DNA of 64,000 nt from an uncultured Gemmatimonadaceae bacterium (GCA_963716745.1 OY970320.1:2144001-2208000); one strand, 5' to 3'. Positions 28,229-39,328 are shown, counted from the stretch's first letter. Notes: a model not told the origin generated them from the letters alone. Numbers and translations: made by a program.

Positions 28229-28924
28229 TTATTCGTCCACTGTGTACCCCACTCCCCTGACAGTCTTAATCAGCGGCTGCCCCTTCGACTCCCCGAGTTT
28301 CTTTCGCAGATAATTGATGTACACATCCACGACATTCGTGAGTGGATCGAGCCGGTGCTTCCACACGTGCTCGCCGATCATCTCGCGCGACACCGCGCGG
28401 CCCGCGTTCCGAATCAGATACTCCAGCAGCAAGTACTCCTTCTGCGTGAGCGCGATCTCCTTGCCGCCGCGCTCCACGCGGCGCGTGATCGGATCGAGCG
28501 ATACGTCGCGCACGGTGAGTCGCGCGCTCGCGGTCGCGATCTGCGAGCGGCGCAGCAGCGCCTTCACGCGCGCGATCAGCTCCGCATGCTCGAACGGTTT
28601 GGGCAGATAGTCGTCGGCGCCGGCGTCCAGGCCGCTCACGCGGTCGGTGACGGTCCCGCGCGCCGTGAGCATCAGCATCGGCGCGAGGAATCCGCGGGCG
28701 CGCAGATCGCGTGCGACCGCGTGGCCGTCCTTGCCCGGCAGTCCGACGTCGAGGATCACGAGCTGCGGCGCGAAGTCCAGCGCCGTGGCCACGCCCTGCT
28801 CGCCGTCCTCGGCGCGGAGCACACGATAGCCCTCGGCTTCCAGGATGCGGCGGAGCACCGATTGCAGGTCGGTGTCATCTTCGACTACGAGTATGGCGGC
28901 GGCGCGCGCGGTGACTGGCGTCAT
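28229..28924 (-). CDS. OmpR-family response regulator transcription factor
   Basis: ILVVEDD, ILDVGLPGKDG, LTARG, GADDYLPKPF, LTQKEY, NVVDVYINYLRKK, TVRGVGY. Confidence 0.95.
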   Translation of the reverse strand: MTPVTARAAAILVVEDDTDLQSVLRRILEAEGYRVLRAEDGEQGVATALDFAPQLVILDVGLPGKDGHAVARDLRARGFLAPMLMLTARGTVTDRVSGLDAGADDYLPKPFEHAELIARVKALLRRSQIATASARLTVRDVSLDPITRRVERGGKEIALTQKEYLLLEYLIRNAGRAVSREMIGEHVWKHRLDPLTNVVDVYINYLRKKLGESKGQPLIKTVRGVGYTVDE

Positions 28925-29002
28925 CGCGCATAACGATACGCCCCGTGAGCGCCACGGCAAGTCGGCCGTTGCGCCGCGAAGTGCCTCCGCTAGACTACGG
29001 GC

Positions 29003-29449
29003 GTGATCCGCCAGACGATCCGCGACGGAGCGAGAGCCGGCGCCGTGGCAGCCGCGGCGATCGCCGGCGCGCTCATCGCGCTCGGCCGCGCGCATGGCGC
29101 CGCGATGCAGCCCATGAATGCGATGTCGCACATCGCCGCCGGGAGCCGCGCCTACTATATGGAGCGGTTCGGTGCGCTCACGCTGGTGGCCATCCTCATA
29201 TTCGTCGCCGCGGTGATGGCGTGGGCGATCGCGCTCTCGTGGCTCACGCGCACACTGCGTGGACGCGCGCTGTTCGCAGCGGCGCTCGCGTTCGCCGGAG
29301 CGACGTGGTTCATCGACACGCAGTTCGCGTCGGAGAAGATCAGGCCCGGATTCGAAATGGCGCTGTCCGGCGCGGAGATCGCGTTCGTCTTCCTCATGCT
29401 GGGCGCGACCACGGGCTGGGCGCTCGATCGCGAGCGGAACAAAACGTGA
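29003..29449 (+). CDS. Hypothetical 4-TM membrane protein
   Basis: 148-aa hydrophobic ORF with typical codon usage. Confidence 0.65.
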   Translation: MIRQTIRDGARAGAVAAAAIAGALIALGRAHGAAMQPMNAMSHIAAGSRAYYMERFGALTLVAILIFVAAVMAWAIALSWLTRTLRGRALFAAALAFAGATWFIDTQFASEKIRPGFEMALSGAEIAFVFLMLGATTGWALDRERNKT

Positions 29450-29548
29450 CGCTTGCTCGCGACCTGCATAGGATTGGCACTTTGCGATTGGAACTCGGGA
29501 ACTAAGTTCACCGTCATGCATTCCAGTGGTGGACGCGCGCGATCCGTC

Positions 29549-29564
29549 TGGCACCGGACTTGCT
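29549..29564 (+). promoter_or_regulatory. Sigma-54 (-24/-12) promoter
   Basis: TGGCAC-CGGAC-TTGCT, exact consensus TGGCAC-N5-TTGCW, about 66 bp upstream of the 29631 ORF. Confidence 0.7.
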
Positions 29565-29630
29565 CTTGAATGGAGCGACCGCGGTCGAGCCTCACTGAAC
29601 GAATGCGCCGCGTTAACAAGGAGGGTGTGA

Positions 29631-30146
29631 ATGGACTTTCTTGTCATGCTGGAGGACCCCGTGGAGAGCGCGCCGCTCGCGCGGGTGGATTCGGTTCCCG
29701 AAGGTGAAGCCTCGTCGTCGCCGGTACGGGACGTGGTGACACTGTACGGGACGCCAAGAGTAGAATCGCTGGCGCTCGCGCTGGCGGCCGCGGTGGAGAG
29801 TCACCGCGTTGACAACGCGAGCAGTTCGGCGATGCATTTGGGGCTATGGCCGGAGCGGGGCGCAGTGGGCGACACGGCGTTCCGCGACAGCACCACCGGC
29901 GAGCTGGTCACGCGGGATCTCTTGATCCCGTTGGACGTGCTCACGGCGACGGCCGATCAGTTGCTCGTGGAGTTCGGGGCGTTGCTGCGAAAGCTCGTCG
30001 CCGGGCTCGCGATGCCGGACTGGCCCGAGGGAGCGTGGCGTGCGATCTCCCTCACCCTTCCGCGACCGGTGTTGGCCGGCGCAGAAGTCGCACTCGATGA
30101 TATGCGGCAGGCAGACCAGTTCACCTTTGAATACGAGGACGACTAG
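29631..30146 (+). CDS. Hypothetical acidic protein
   Basis: 171-aa ORF with strong SD (aaggagagg), sigma-54 motif upstream and terminator downstream. Confidence 0.7.
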   Translation: MDFLVMLEDPVESAPLARVDSVPEGEASSSPVRDVVTLYGTPRVESLALALAAAVESHRVDNASSSAMHLGLWPERGAVGDTAFRDSTTGELVTRDLLIPLDVLTATADQLLVEFGALLRKLVAGLAMPDWPEGAWRAISLTLPRPVLAGAEVALDDMRQADQFTFEYEDD

Positions 30147-30182
30147 CGAGTCATTCCGCGTCAGAGTGTGTCATGTAGTGTC

Positions 30183-30218
30183 CGCGGGGGGCGTCGAGAC
30201 TGACGCCCCCCGCGTTTC
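30183..30218 (+). terminator. Intrinsic terminator-like hairpin
   Basis: cgcggggggcgtc gagact gacgccccccgcg tttc. Confidence 0.75.
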
Positions 30219-30220
30219 AT

Positions 30221-30325
30221 CTGAACTACCGGGAACCGGTTGCCGGGAACCGGTATGGCATGAAAACGCATGACATGTGTTGTCATGCCTCACCGGTTCC
30301 CGGTAATCGGTTCCCGGTGGTTCAG
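30221..30325. repeat. Heptamer (ccgggaa/ccggttg) palindrome
   Basis: ctgaactaccgggaaccggttgccgggaaccggt...accggttcccggtaatcggttcccggtggttcag. Confidence 0.85.
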
Positions 30326-30402
30326 GAGGACTGTGCAATTGCCCACGTGCCGGTCGTCAAATGAGAACGCAGTGAATCGCGCATTCTCGCAGTAACTCGG
30401 AG

Positions 30403-31110
30403 GTGTTCATGTTCCGCCACGCACTCGCAGCACTCCTGTTCGCCGGCGCGGTCTCCGCGCAGGCCGCGACTCCCACTGTGATCAGCGTCGGCAGTCGTGC
30501 CGAGGTGCGCATCCCGGCGGACCACGCGACGCTGGTGGTCGCCGTCGAGACGCGCGCCGCCACCGCGGCCGCCGCGGGGAGTGAGAATGCGCGCATCAGC
30601 AATGCCGTGCTCGCGGCGCTCAAGGGCGGGGGGGTGGAACAATCGCAGATCGGCAGCGCCGGCTACATCGTGCGACAGAACTGGCGCTACAGCTCCACCG
30701 ATCGCCAGCAGAAACTCGACGGCTATATCGCCGAGAACTCGATCCGCATCGAGATCACCAAGCTCGACCGCATTGGCTCGTACATCGACAGTTCACTTGC
30801 CGCGGGCGCGACGCGCGCGAGTGATCTGACTTTCAGCGCGACCGCGAGCGAACAGGCGCGTCACACTGCACTCGCGAATGCGATGGCGATCGCGCGCGGC
30901 GACGCCGCCGTGATGGCGAAGTCGGCGGGAGGCTCGCTCGGAAAGCTCCTCAATGCGAGCAGCCAAACGATGACCCCGATGCCCCAGATGCGCATGTCGA
31001 TGGCCGCGGCCGCACCAATGCAGGAGCAGAGCGAATCCACTCCGATCCTGCCCCGCGAGATCCTCGTGACCGCGACGGTATCGACCCGCTGGCAGGTCGA
31101 TTTCCCGTAG
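30403..31110 (+). CDS. SIMPL (DUF541) domain protein
   Basis: Signal peptide; ISVGSRAEVRIPADHATL, ALANAMAIARGDA, LGKL, VTATVSTRW. Confidence 0.88.
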   Translation: MFMFRHALAALLFAGAVSAQAATPTVISVGSRAEVRIPADHATLVVAVETRAATAAAAGSENARISNAVLAALKGGGVEQSQIGSAGYIVRQNWRYSSTDRQQKLDGYIAENSIRIEITKLDRIGSYIDSSLAAGATRASDLTFSATASEQARHTALANAMAIARGDAAVMAKSAGGSLGKLLNASSQTMTPMPQMRMSMAAAAPMQEQSESTPILPREILVTATVSTRWQVDFP

Positions 31111-31143
31111 TTGTCGTCGGCCCCGCGCGAAAAACGGGTTGAG

Positions 31144-31303
31144 AGGTAGTTCACGGAGCCGAAGGAGCGGCGCGGTGGCCGGCGCCGCCGCGCTCAGCGA
31201 GAAGCGAGAGACTCGCGCGCAGTTCGCGCGAGGCTCGAAGCGGTTCGAGCGAAAGCGGCGAAGCCGGCTGCCGCGCCGCGACGATCGCCCCGCGGAACTA
31301 CCT
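31144..31303. repeat. GC-rich imperfect palindrome (REP-like) between convergent genes
   Basis: aggtagttc...gcggcgcggtggccggc...gccggctgccgcgccgc...gaactacct. Confidence 0.65.
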
Positions 31304-31308
31304 ACTCA

Positions 31309-32835
31309 CTACTCCCGCCAACGCGCGCCCATGCGCGAGATGAACTCATTCGCGATCTCCGGCCCCCAACTCCCCGCCTTGTAGTTCGGGAAGTGGTCCG
31401 GATTCTTGTGCGCCCAGTACTCGATGATGGGATCCACCGCGCTCCACGCGGCCTCCACTTCGTCGCTGCGCGTGAACCGCGTCGCGTCGCCCAGCATCGC
31501 GTCGAGCAGCAGCGTCTCGTACGCGTCGTGACTCAATGACCCGAACGCCTCGTCGTAGCCGAAGTCCATGAGCACGCTCGCCGGCCGCATCCCCGGGCCC
31601 GGCGTCTTCACTTCGAAGCTGATCCCGATCTTCTCCTCGGGCTGAACGCTGATCGCGAGCACGTTCGGCGCGATCTCCTCGCCGTCGGCCAATGGGAACA
31701 TGAGATGCGGCGGCTGGCGGAACTGGATCGCGATCTCGGTCGTGCGCCGCGCCAGCCGTTTGCCCGACCGCAGGTAGAACGGCACGCCCTGCCAGCGCCA
31801 ATTGTCCACCATGAAGCGCACCGCGGCATACGTCGACGTCCCCGATGTCGGACTCACCCCCGGTTCTTGCCGGTACCCCTCGTACTGCCCGCGCACGACG
31901 TACTCGTGCATCTCGTCAGCGCTCGGACTGCGCAGCGCGCGCAGCACTTTCACTTTCTCGTCGCGCACGGCGTCGGCGCTGAACGTCACCGGCGGCTCCA
32001 TCGCCGCGAGCGTCAGCAGCTGCAGCAGATGGTTCTGGAACATGTCGCGCACGACGCCCGCCTGCTCGTAGTACCCGCCGCGATGCTCCACGCCCACGCT
32101 CTCGGCGGCGGTGATCTGCACGTGATGCACATGCTGGCGGTTCCACACCGGTTCGAAGATCGAGTTCGCGAAGCGGAACATCAGCAGATTCTGGACCGTT
32201 TCCTTTCCCAGATAATGATCGAGCCGGTAGATCTGCCGCTCCGAGAACGCCGCCTGCACTTCGCGATTGAGCGCGCGCGCACTCTCGAGACTGGTGCCGA
32301 ACGGCTTTTCGATGAGCACTCGGCGGTACGGCTTGTGATCGGGCCCCGATGTGCGTGGTGCGACGCCGCTCAATGAGAGCTGCGCGATGGTGGCGGCATA
32401 GAGCTGCGGCGGGATCGCGAGATAGAACAGATGACCGCTCCCCTCCGGCAACGCGCAGCTCTCCAGCGCGCTCTTGAGGCGCGCGTACGTTCCCGGATCG
32501 TTCAGCTCACCCTGCACATAGAACAGTTGCTGCTCGAGTGACAGCCATGTACGCGCATCGGGCGTGCCGCCGCCGAACTCGGTCACGCCCTTGAGCATGC
32601 CGGCGCGGAAGCTCGCGGTGTCCAGCGCTTCGCGCGCCACGCCGATCACCGCCATCTTCGCCGGCAGCACGCCGTCGGCACGCAGATGATAGAGCGCGGG
32701 CATCAACTTGCGGCGCGTGAGATCGCCGCCCGCGCCAAAGATCACCAGCGCGCACGGCTCGGCCTCGCGCCGCGTGCCCGTGATCGCGGGCATCGCCGTC
32801 GTGACGCGCACCTGAACACTCGGACGCCCCGTCAT
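31309..32835 (-). CDS. zwf: Glucose-6-phosphate dehydrogenase (copy 1)
   Basis: [55 protein letters not shown]. Confidence 0.95.
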   Translation of the reverse strand: MTGRPSVQVRVTTAMPAITGTRREAEPCALVIFGAGGDLTRRKLMPALYHLRADGVLPAKMAVIGVAREALDTASFRAGMLKGVTEFGGGTPDARTWLSLEQQLFYVQGELNDPGTYARLKSALESCALPEGSGHLFYLAIPPQLYAATIAQLSLSGVAPRTSGPDHKPYRRVLIEKPFGTSLESARALNREVQAAFSERQIYRLDHYLGKETVQNLLMFRFANSIFEPVWNRQHVHHVQITAAESVGVEHRGGYYEQAGVVRDMFQNHLLQLLTLAAMEPPVTFSADAVRDEKVKVLRALRSPSADEMHEYVVRGQYEGYRQEPGVSPTSGTSTYAAVRFMVDNWRWQGVPFYLRSGKRLARRTTEIAIQFRQPPHLMFPLADGEEIAPNVLAISVQPEEKIGISFEVKTPGPGMRPASVLMDFGYDEAFGSLSHDAYETLLLDAMLGDATRFTRSDEVEAAWSAVDPIIEYWAHKNPDHFPNYKAGSWGPEIANEFISRMGARWRE

Positions 32836-34805
32836 GTGGCTGCCCTGGCCGTGGTGCGCGGACGCGGCGCGGTGAGCCGGCGCCATGCGCGCAACGTCTC
32901 GGCGACGCTCCACGCTTGCGCGGGACAGCCGCGCGGTGTGTGCGGTGCGTCGCCATCGAAGATCTCGGAGATCTGCTCCATGCACGCCTCGTCGAGGTGT
33001 CGTTGCAGTCCGCCGAACTGCGATTGCAGTCGTGCGCGGCCGGCCGCGGTGTCGCCGTCGCCGTAGAGCGACGCGTCCACGTAGGCGCCCATGAGCCACG
33101 GCCACACTGTCCCTTGGTGATAGGCCGAGTCGCGCGACTCGGGATCGCCCTCGCAGCGTCCAAGATATCGCGGATCCGAGGGCGCAAGCGTGCGCAGGCC
33201 CACCGGCGTGAGTAAATGCTGCGTCACGAACTTCACCATGCGCGACGCCTGCGCGCGCGCGAGCAATGGATAGGGGAGCGACGCCGCGAACAACTGGTTC
33301 GGCCGGATGCTGAGATCGCGTCCACCGTCGGGCGCGATCACGTCGTACAGCGAACCCGTGCCCTCGTCCCAGAACGTCGCGAGGAACGCTTCGCGCGTTC
33401 GCTCGGCGAGGCGGCGCGTCTTCGCGGCCTCCTTCTTCGTGCCGCGGCGCGCCTGGATGTCGCTAAGCACGCGCCGCGCGTTGTACCAAAGCGCGTTGAT
33501 CTCCACCGCCTTCCCGCGGCGCGGCGTGATCACACGGCCGTTCACACGCGCGTCCATCCACGTGAGCGCCAGGCCGTCGGCGCCCTGCGTGATGAGCCCG
33601 TCGGCATCCTCGCGGATCCCGAAGTCGGTGCCGGCGGAGTACGCGAGCACGATCGCTTCGAGCGTGGCGCCGAGCGGTCCATCGCCCACCGCCGGATCGC
33701 CGCCCGCGGCGCGGAAATGGTGCAGCGCCACCGCGAACCAGAGGCTCGCGTCCACGGTGTTGTACTCGGGAGGGCCGCCGCTGTCGGAGAATCGATTCGG
33801 CAGCAGCCCGTGGCGGATGTGCGACGCAAATGCCGCGAGCGTCCGCGCGGCGTCATCGATGCGATTGGTGGCGCGCGTGAGACCGGGCAGCGAGATCATC
33901 GCATCGCGCCCCCAATCGCCGAACCACGGATAACCCGCGATCACCGATACGCCCTTGGCCCCGCGCTGCACGGTGAACGCGTTCGCGGCCACGGCGAGAC
34001 GGCGCGCGAACACATCGCCCTCCGGCGCCGGCGCGGCCAGCGCGGCGCGCCGCTTCACCTCCGCCGCCTCGAGGGCATCCGCGGCGGCCGGCGCCTTGTC
34101 CGACGCGGTATAGATGAGATCGCGCGAACGGCCCGGCGTCAGCGCGAGCTCCAGCACGAACGGCGCGAACGCATCCTCGCGCGACGCGAGGCCGCGCTCG
34201 AGCTCGCGCAGGTATTCGAACTGCCGGAACCACTGCGGGTCGTCGCGCAGCTTCGCGTCTCCATAGTGCAGCGTGAGCGCCGCGCCGCCGGCGGACGATG
34301 TGCACTTCGCGCTCGTCGTACCCGCGGCGACGCTCAGCCTCCACCCATCGGCCACGCTGCGCCGCGCATGATGGTCGCGGCACACGAAGAAGGGGCGCAC
34401 CGCCAGCGTGCACGGCGGCCCGGCAAGGAGTCTGTAGCGCACTACCGTCGTATTCGCGCCGCGCAGCATGAACACGCGCCGTTCAATGCGCGTCGCGTCC
34501 AGTTTGTATACCCACGTGGGGAATGGCACGGCGCTGAACGACTCGACGTGCGTCCAGCCGTCGGGCGACACGGCGCCCGGATACTGGTGCGACGAGAGGT
34601 ACGCCGGCGCATCGCCGGCGATCCATTCGTCGCATCCCGAAACGATGAGCTCGCGCTCGGCGGGCGATCCAGCCGCGGCCGCGAGCAGTCCGTGGTAGCC
34701 GCGCGTGCCGGCACCCGCGACGGTGCCCATGGCGTACCCGCCCAAGCCGTTCGTCTCAAGCCACTCGAGCGCGGCGAGGCCGGTGTAGTCCGAGGGCAGC
34801 GTCAC
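32832..34805 (-). CDS. Amylo-alpha-1,6-glucosidase (glycogen debranching enzyme)
   Basis: EWLETNGLGGYA, IAGYPWFGDWGRD, LTWMDA, IRPNQ, YHQGTVWPWL, QAWSVAE. Confidence 0.92.
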   Translation of the reverse strand: MTLPSDYTGLAALEWLETNGLGGYAMGTVAGAGTRGYHGLLAAAAGSPAERELIVSGCDEWIAGDAPAYLSSHQYPGAVSPDGWTHVESFSAVPFPTWVYKLDATRIERRVFMLRGANTTVVRYRLLAGPPCTLAVRPFFVCRDHHARRSVADGWRLSVAAGTTSAKCTSSAGGAALTLHYGDAKLRDDPQWFRQFEYLRELERGLASREDAFAPFVLELALTPGRSRDLIYTASDKAPAAADALEAAEVKRRAALAAPAPEGDVFARRLAVAANAFTVQRGAKGVSVIAGYPWFGDWGRDAMISLPGLTRATNRIDDAARTLAAFASHIRHGLLPNRFSDSGGPPEYNTVDASLWFAVALHHFRAAGGDPAVGDGPLGATLEAIVLAYSAGTDFGIREDADGLITQGADGLALTWMDARVNGRVITPRRGKAVEINALWYNARRVLSDIQARRGTKKEAAKTRRLAERTREAFLATFWDEGTGSLYDVIAPDGGRDLSIRPNQLFAASLPYPLLARAQASRMVKFVTQHLLTPVGLRTLAPSDPRYLGRCEGDPESRDSAYHQGTVWPWLMGAYVDASLYGDGDTAAGRARLQSQFGGLQRHLDEACMEQISEIFDGDAPHTPRGCPAQAWSVAETLRAWRRLTAPRPRTTARAAT

Positions 34806-36046
34806 TTGGTCGAAGCCGCGGTGCGTCGCACCGCGCGTGGTTGGCGGCCGGCGACACGTTCGAGCCCGCAGCGCACGCGCAGATCCTGGATCACGTGCAT
34901 GTAGTAGATGTACGCGTCATAGGGCGAGCCGTACGGGCTGAAGTACTTGTGCACATCGCCATCGGCGAACCACTTGAGACACATATAGTAGAAGTGATCG
35001 CTCGTGAGCAGGCGGCGCCAATCCTGCACGAGCGCCGCGTCGCCGAGCGCCAGCACCGGCGCGCGCAGCGCGTAGATCGCCTGCGCAGCCTCCGTTTGCA
35101 AGCTGTTCCCGAGCCAGGCGGTGAGATCGCGATCCACATCGGCCCACGAGATCCAGTCGGGGCAGCTGAGCACGCTTCGCGGAGTGAGATCGTGCACGAG
35201 CTCGGAAGGCGTGGCGAAGCGCAATTCTGGATACCGCAGGATCTCCGACGGCAGGTCGCGCAGGAACTCGAAGATCCCCGTCGCCTGCCATTGATGCTCG
35301 CCGAACGTCTCGTAGTCGAGGAAGAGGTTGACCGTTTCCATCGAGCCATCGAGCGCGCGCACCCACGAGGCGAACTTCGACGCCGTGAGCGGCCAATCCT
35401 TCCAGCTCCGCTCCGAGAAGCGGAACGCGATGTCGTCGGACAGCTGCGCGTGTTTGGTGAGCACCACCAATTCTTCGGCCCCCGCGGCTCGGAACGCCTG
35501 CCCGGGCGAGCGGCCCGCGAGCACGCGCGGCACGCCGTCGGCGAGCACGCCCTTGAAGCCGAGCCGCGCGACGCGTTGCGCGAGCTGGTCGCTGTAGATG
35601 AGCTCGGTGTTCCGGAACACAGTGGGTGCGACGCCCGTGAGCGTCGTGATGCGCGCGGTGTGTGCGGCCACTTCCACATCGAATTCCTCCCAGTCGCTCA
35701 GCGCGCTCAGCGAATGGTCGTCGGTCTCGGCGAGGAATTCCACACATCCGGTGCGCGCGAGCGCCTCGAAGCTCGCCACCACCTCAGGCGCGTGCGCAGC
35801 GAGCTGATCGAGCACCGTGCCGGTGACGCTGAAGCTCACTTTGAATCGGCCGGCATGGCGCTCGATGAGTTCGAGCAGCAAGCGGTTCGTGGGGATATAG
35901 CACTTGGCCGCGACGCGCTTCAGGATGCCGGCGTTCTTCTCTTCGTCGAAATACTGCGGACGCTTCCCCACGCCCACATCGAACGTGGAGAAATGCCGCA
36001 GCCGGTACGGCTGGTGCACCTGGAAGTAGAAGCAGACGGCGGCCAC
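34802..36046 (-). CDS. Glycoside hydrolase family 57 alpha-amylase
   Basis: FQVHQPYRL, FRNTELIY, LSDDIAFRF, DYETFGEHQW, SWADVDRDLTAWLGN, TSDHFYYM. Confidence 0.92.
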   Translation of the reverse strand: MAAVCFYFQVHQPYRLRHFSTFDVGVGKRPQYFDEEKNAGILKRVAAKCYIPTNRLLLELIERHAGRFKVSFSVTGTVLDQLAAHAPEVVASFEALARTGCVEFLAETDDHSLSALSDWEEFDVEVAAHTARITTLTGVAPTVFRNTELIYSDQLAQRVARLGFKGVLADGVPRVLAGRSPGQAFRAAGAEELVVLTKHAQLSDDIAFRFSERSWKDWPLTASKFASWVRALDGSMETVNLFLDYETFGEHQWQATGIFEFLRDLPSEILRYPELRFATPSELVHDLTPRSVLSCPDWISWADVDRDLTAWLGNSLQTEAAQAIYALRAPVLALGDAALVQDWRRLLTSDHFYYMCLKWFADGDVHKYFSPYGSPYDAYIYYMHVIQDLRVRCGLERVAGRQPRAVRRTAASTK

Positions 36047-36047
36047 G

Positions 36048-37196
36048 CTAGCGCCCTCCGGCCAGCAGCGGCGCGTACAGCTCCGCGATGCGCTTGCCCG
36101 CGCGCTCCCAGCTCCATTTCTCCACGCTCGCGCGGCCGCGCGATGAGAGTTCGTGGCGCAGAGTGGGATACGTGAGCGCCGCGAGGATTCGGTCGGCCAT
36201 CTGCCGCACGTTCCAGAAATCCACGAGCAGCACATCGCGCGCCACCTCGGTCACGCCGGCGCCGCGGTCGAGGATCACCGGCGTGCCCGCACGCAGCGCC
36301 TCGAGCGCCGCGATCCCGAACGGCTCGCTCACGCTCGGCATCACGAACACGTCGGCGCTCGCGAGGAGACGTGCCGCGTCGTCGGGCGGCACGAAGCCGG
36401 TGAACAGGATGCTCCGTCCCAGTTGCAGTCCCGCGACATGCTGCATCAGGCGGCCGCGCATGTCGCCATCGCCGGCCACGACGAACAGCACCTCGGGCTC
36501 GTGTTGCAGCACCAGGCGCGCCGCCTCCACGAAATAGTCGGGGCCCTTCTGAAAGGTGACGCGGCCGAGGAAGAGCACCATCGGCCGGTGCGGCTCGTCG
36601 TCATCTTCGTCGGCGATCCACGGTGCGACCGGGTCCACGGAATTGTGTACCACGCGCACGCGCGGACGATCGGCGCCGTAGCGTCGCAGCAGCAGATCGC
36701 GCGTGAACGCGCTCACGGCGATCACCACCGCAGCGCTCCGCACCGCCGCATGCTCGATCTCCAGCACGCCTGGGTTGCCATGCTCGCCCGCGCGGTCGAA
36801 CTCCGTGGCGTGCACGTGCAGCACCCACGGCTTGTGATGTTCGGCGGCGATGCGCATCGCCGCGGGTGCGGTGAGCCAGTCGTGCGCATGGATGATGTCG
36901 AACGCCACTGTGCGCGCGATCGCCGACGCGACCTCGGCGTACCGCTCCACCGCGCCGAACATCCCGTAGCGCCCGGCGCCCGATCCCTCGTAACCGCCGG
37001 GCACGTCATCTTCGCCGTCGAACACGCCATGCACGGTGAGATGCCGCGCGCCGGCCGCGCCCTCGGCGTTCGCCACTACCAACTGCACCCGGAGCCCCGC
37101 GGCGAGCAATCCGCGCACGATCCCGGCCGTGGCCGGCGCCAGTCCGCCGGTCACGTGGGGCGGATATTCCCAGCCGAGCATCAGGACGGTGGTCAC
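36048..37196 (-). CDS. Glycosyltransferase family 4
   Basis: MLGWEYPPHVTGGL, HAHDWLT, LGRVTFQKG, PSVSEPFGIAALEA. Confidence 0.92.
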   Translation of the reverse strand: MTTVLMLGWEYPPHVTGGLAPATAGIVRGLLAAGLRVQLVVANAEGAAGARHLTVHGVFDGEDDVPGGYEGSGAGRYGMFGAVERYAEVASAIARTVAFDIIHAHDWLTAPAAMRIAAEHHKPWVLHVHATEFDRAGEHGNPGVLEIEHAAVRSAAVVIAVSAFTRDLLLRRYGADRPRVRVVHNSVDPVAPWIADEDDDEPHRPMVLFLGRVTFQKGPDYFVEAARLVLQHEPEVLFVVAGDGDMRGRLMQHVAGLQLGRSILFTGFVPPDDAARLLASADVFVMPSVSEPFGIAALEALRAGTPVILDRGAGVTEVARDVLLVDFWNVRQMADRILAALTYPTLRHELSSRGRASVEKWSWERAGKRIAELYAPLLAGGR

Positions 37197-39224
37197 GGCA
37201 CGGCACGAAGGATGTCCGTGAGTCGCCCGATGCGCGCGGTCTCCTGGCCACAGGTCGGGCATACGGAGAAGCGTCCCGAACGCACGATGTATTCGCGCAC
37301 CGCGCGCACGTAGGCCGCATGGCTCCACGTGAGCGGTGACACGGAGAGCGGCTCGCCGGTGTACGGATCGAGTTGCTCGGCCATCACGCCCGACGTGAAC
37401 GCGCGATCCGCGGCCCACATCAGCAATTGCTTCGCTTTGGCCAACTCCTCGGTATTGCGCGCCTTCAGCACGTGGTAGCGCGCCATCCACAGCGTGCAGA
37501 TGAACCACGGATTCCCGGGCACGCGCTTCGTGTCGGTCTTCTCCACCTGGTGGTAGTAATCGTTCTCGTAGCGCGCGAGCCCGCCGATGTCGGTCTTCAC
37601 CCAGAGGCGCTCTTCGACTTGGCGCAGCGTGGACGCCACATACGGCGAATCGATCGCGAGCACCGAGAATTCCGTGAGCGCGTAGAGCGCCGAGTCGATC
37701 GTCATGTCGAGCGTGTATCCCTTCGTGCCGGGAGTGGCCATGCGCGCGAATCGCTGGTCGGACTCACTCCACATGATCGACATCATCGCCTCGAGCATGC
37801 GCTCGGCGCCGGCGTGGCAGCGTGCGGCGCGCTGCTCTTCGCCGAACGCCGACGCGACCTGCGCCGCGGCGCGCAGCCCGGAGATCACCGTGCACACCGT
37901 GTAGAAATGCACGCCCCAGCGCTCTTCCCACAGGTCCCACGAGGGCAGGGGAAGGCCGGTGGCCTGGTCCACGTGACGCAGCAGGAAATCCGCGGGACGT
38001 GTGACGAGCGCGCGGTAGAACGGCGCCGTCTCCTCCACGCGCTGGAAGAGCGTGAAGTACTGCCACATCGCCCACACCACGAGCGCCGTTTCATCCTCCT
38101 GGATGGGCAGCACCGTGTGGCCGTCGCGCATCGCGCCGTGCCACGAACTCGCGACCATGCCGTCGGGATTGTACTTGTGGCGCAAGATAGCCCTCGGGCG
38201 TGACGGCCTTCGTGCAGAACTCGAAGAACTTCGTGGCCGCGCCCATGTGGCCCGTGCTCATCAGCGCCGACATCACGAGTGCGCCGTCGCGCGGCCACAT
38301 GTACGCATACGTGTCGCGCGCGATCTGCGCGATGTCGGAATCCGTGGCCGCGATCACCGCGCCGTCGTGGTCCACGTGCGAGCGGATGATGAGCAGGCTC
38401 TGGCGGTAGCGCTCCACGACGTTCGCCGGCAGATCGGCCGGCACGCGCTGTTCGCGGCTCACCCACAGCTGCCAATAGTGGCGCGTGCGGCGGAGCAGCT
38501 CTTCCGGCGACTTGGTGCGCAGCACCTGATCGATGGTCGTGACTTCCGCCATGTCGCGGCCCGCCGCCATCCAATAGAACACCTCGCGCTCGGCGTTCGC
38601 GCCCACCGTAACCGAGATGCCCATCGTGGAGTCCACCGAACCCTGCGCGATCGCGTTGCCGCTCAAGTTGCCGTCTTCCGCGTCGCGCCACGTGCCTTCC
38701 GCCGAACCCACATCCTTCGTCCCGCACGCGTACGACGTCATTCCGAACTGATCGCCAATGCGGCAGTTCATCAGGAAATAACGGTCATCCTTGTAATGGA
38801 TGAGCGAACCGGTCTCCGGCGAGAACATCGCGGTGTCGCCTACTTCATGCCCGAGGATCCGGAAGTTGTGATGATAGAAGAGCCGCACCTCGCGCGCACG
38901 GTCGGCGAGATTGTGCACGAGCACGCGGCGCACGAGGACGTTCTCGTAGAAATCCACGGCGTCGCAGCAATTGAGCGTGATGCCCAGTTCGTGGCTGGTG
39001 GCCGTGACTTCCGTCGACATGGCATCCTCGGCATAGCGCATGTCGAGTTCCCAGTCGGGCCCCATCCAGCGGCATTTTCCGTCGACGAACACGCCGAAGC
39101 GGAACGGGCGGCCGACGGCGTGATTCTCCTTGCCGACGCGCGGGAAGTAGATGTCGCGGAGAACGTACTGGCGGTCGAAGGCGACGTGCAGCCGGCCATT
39201 CGAGAGCGGAAGGTCACGCGGCAT
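37193..39224 (-). CDS. Glycoside hydrolase family 15 (glucoamylase-like; frameshift near 38185)
   Basis: YAYMWPRDG, HKYNPDG, QEDETAL, WDLWEE, ARYENDYY, AEQ, SPLTWSHA. Confidence 0.9.
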
Positions 39225-39328
39225 GCGCGGGGCGGTCTGAGAGCAGGCGCATCTTCGTGCCTAGGTGCCGTAGTTCGAGGGACTCGCAATGTACCTTGCG
39301 CGCGGAGCGGGACGCTAGACGGCTGAAC

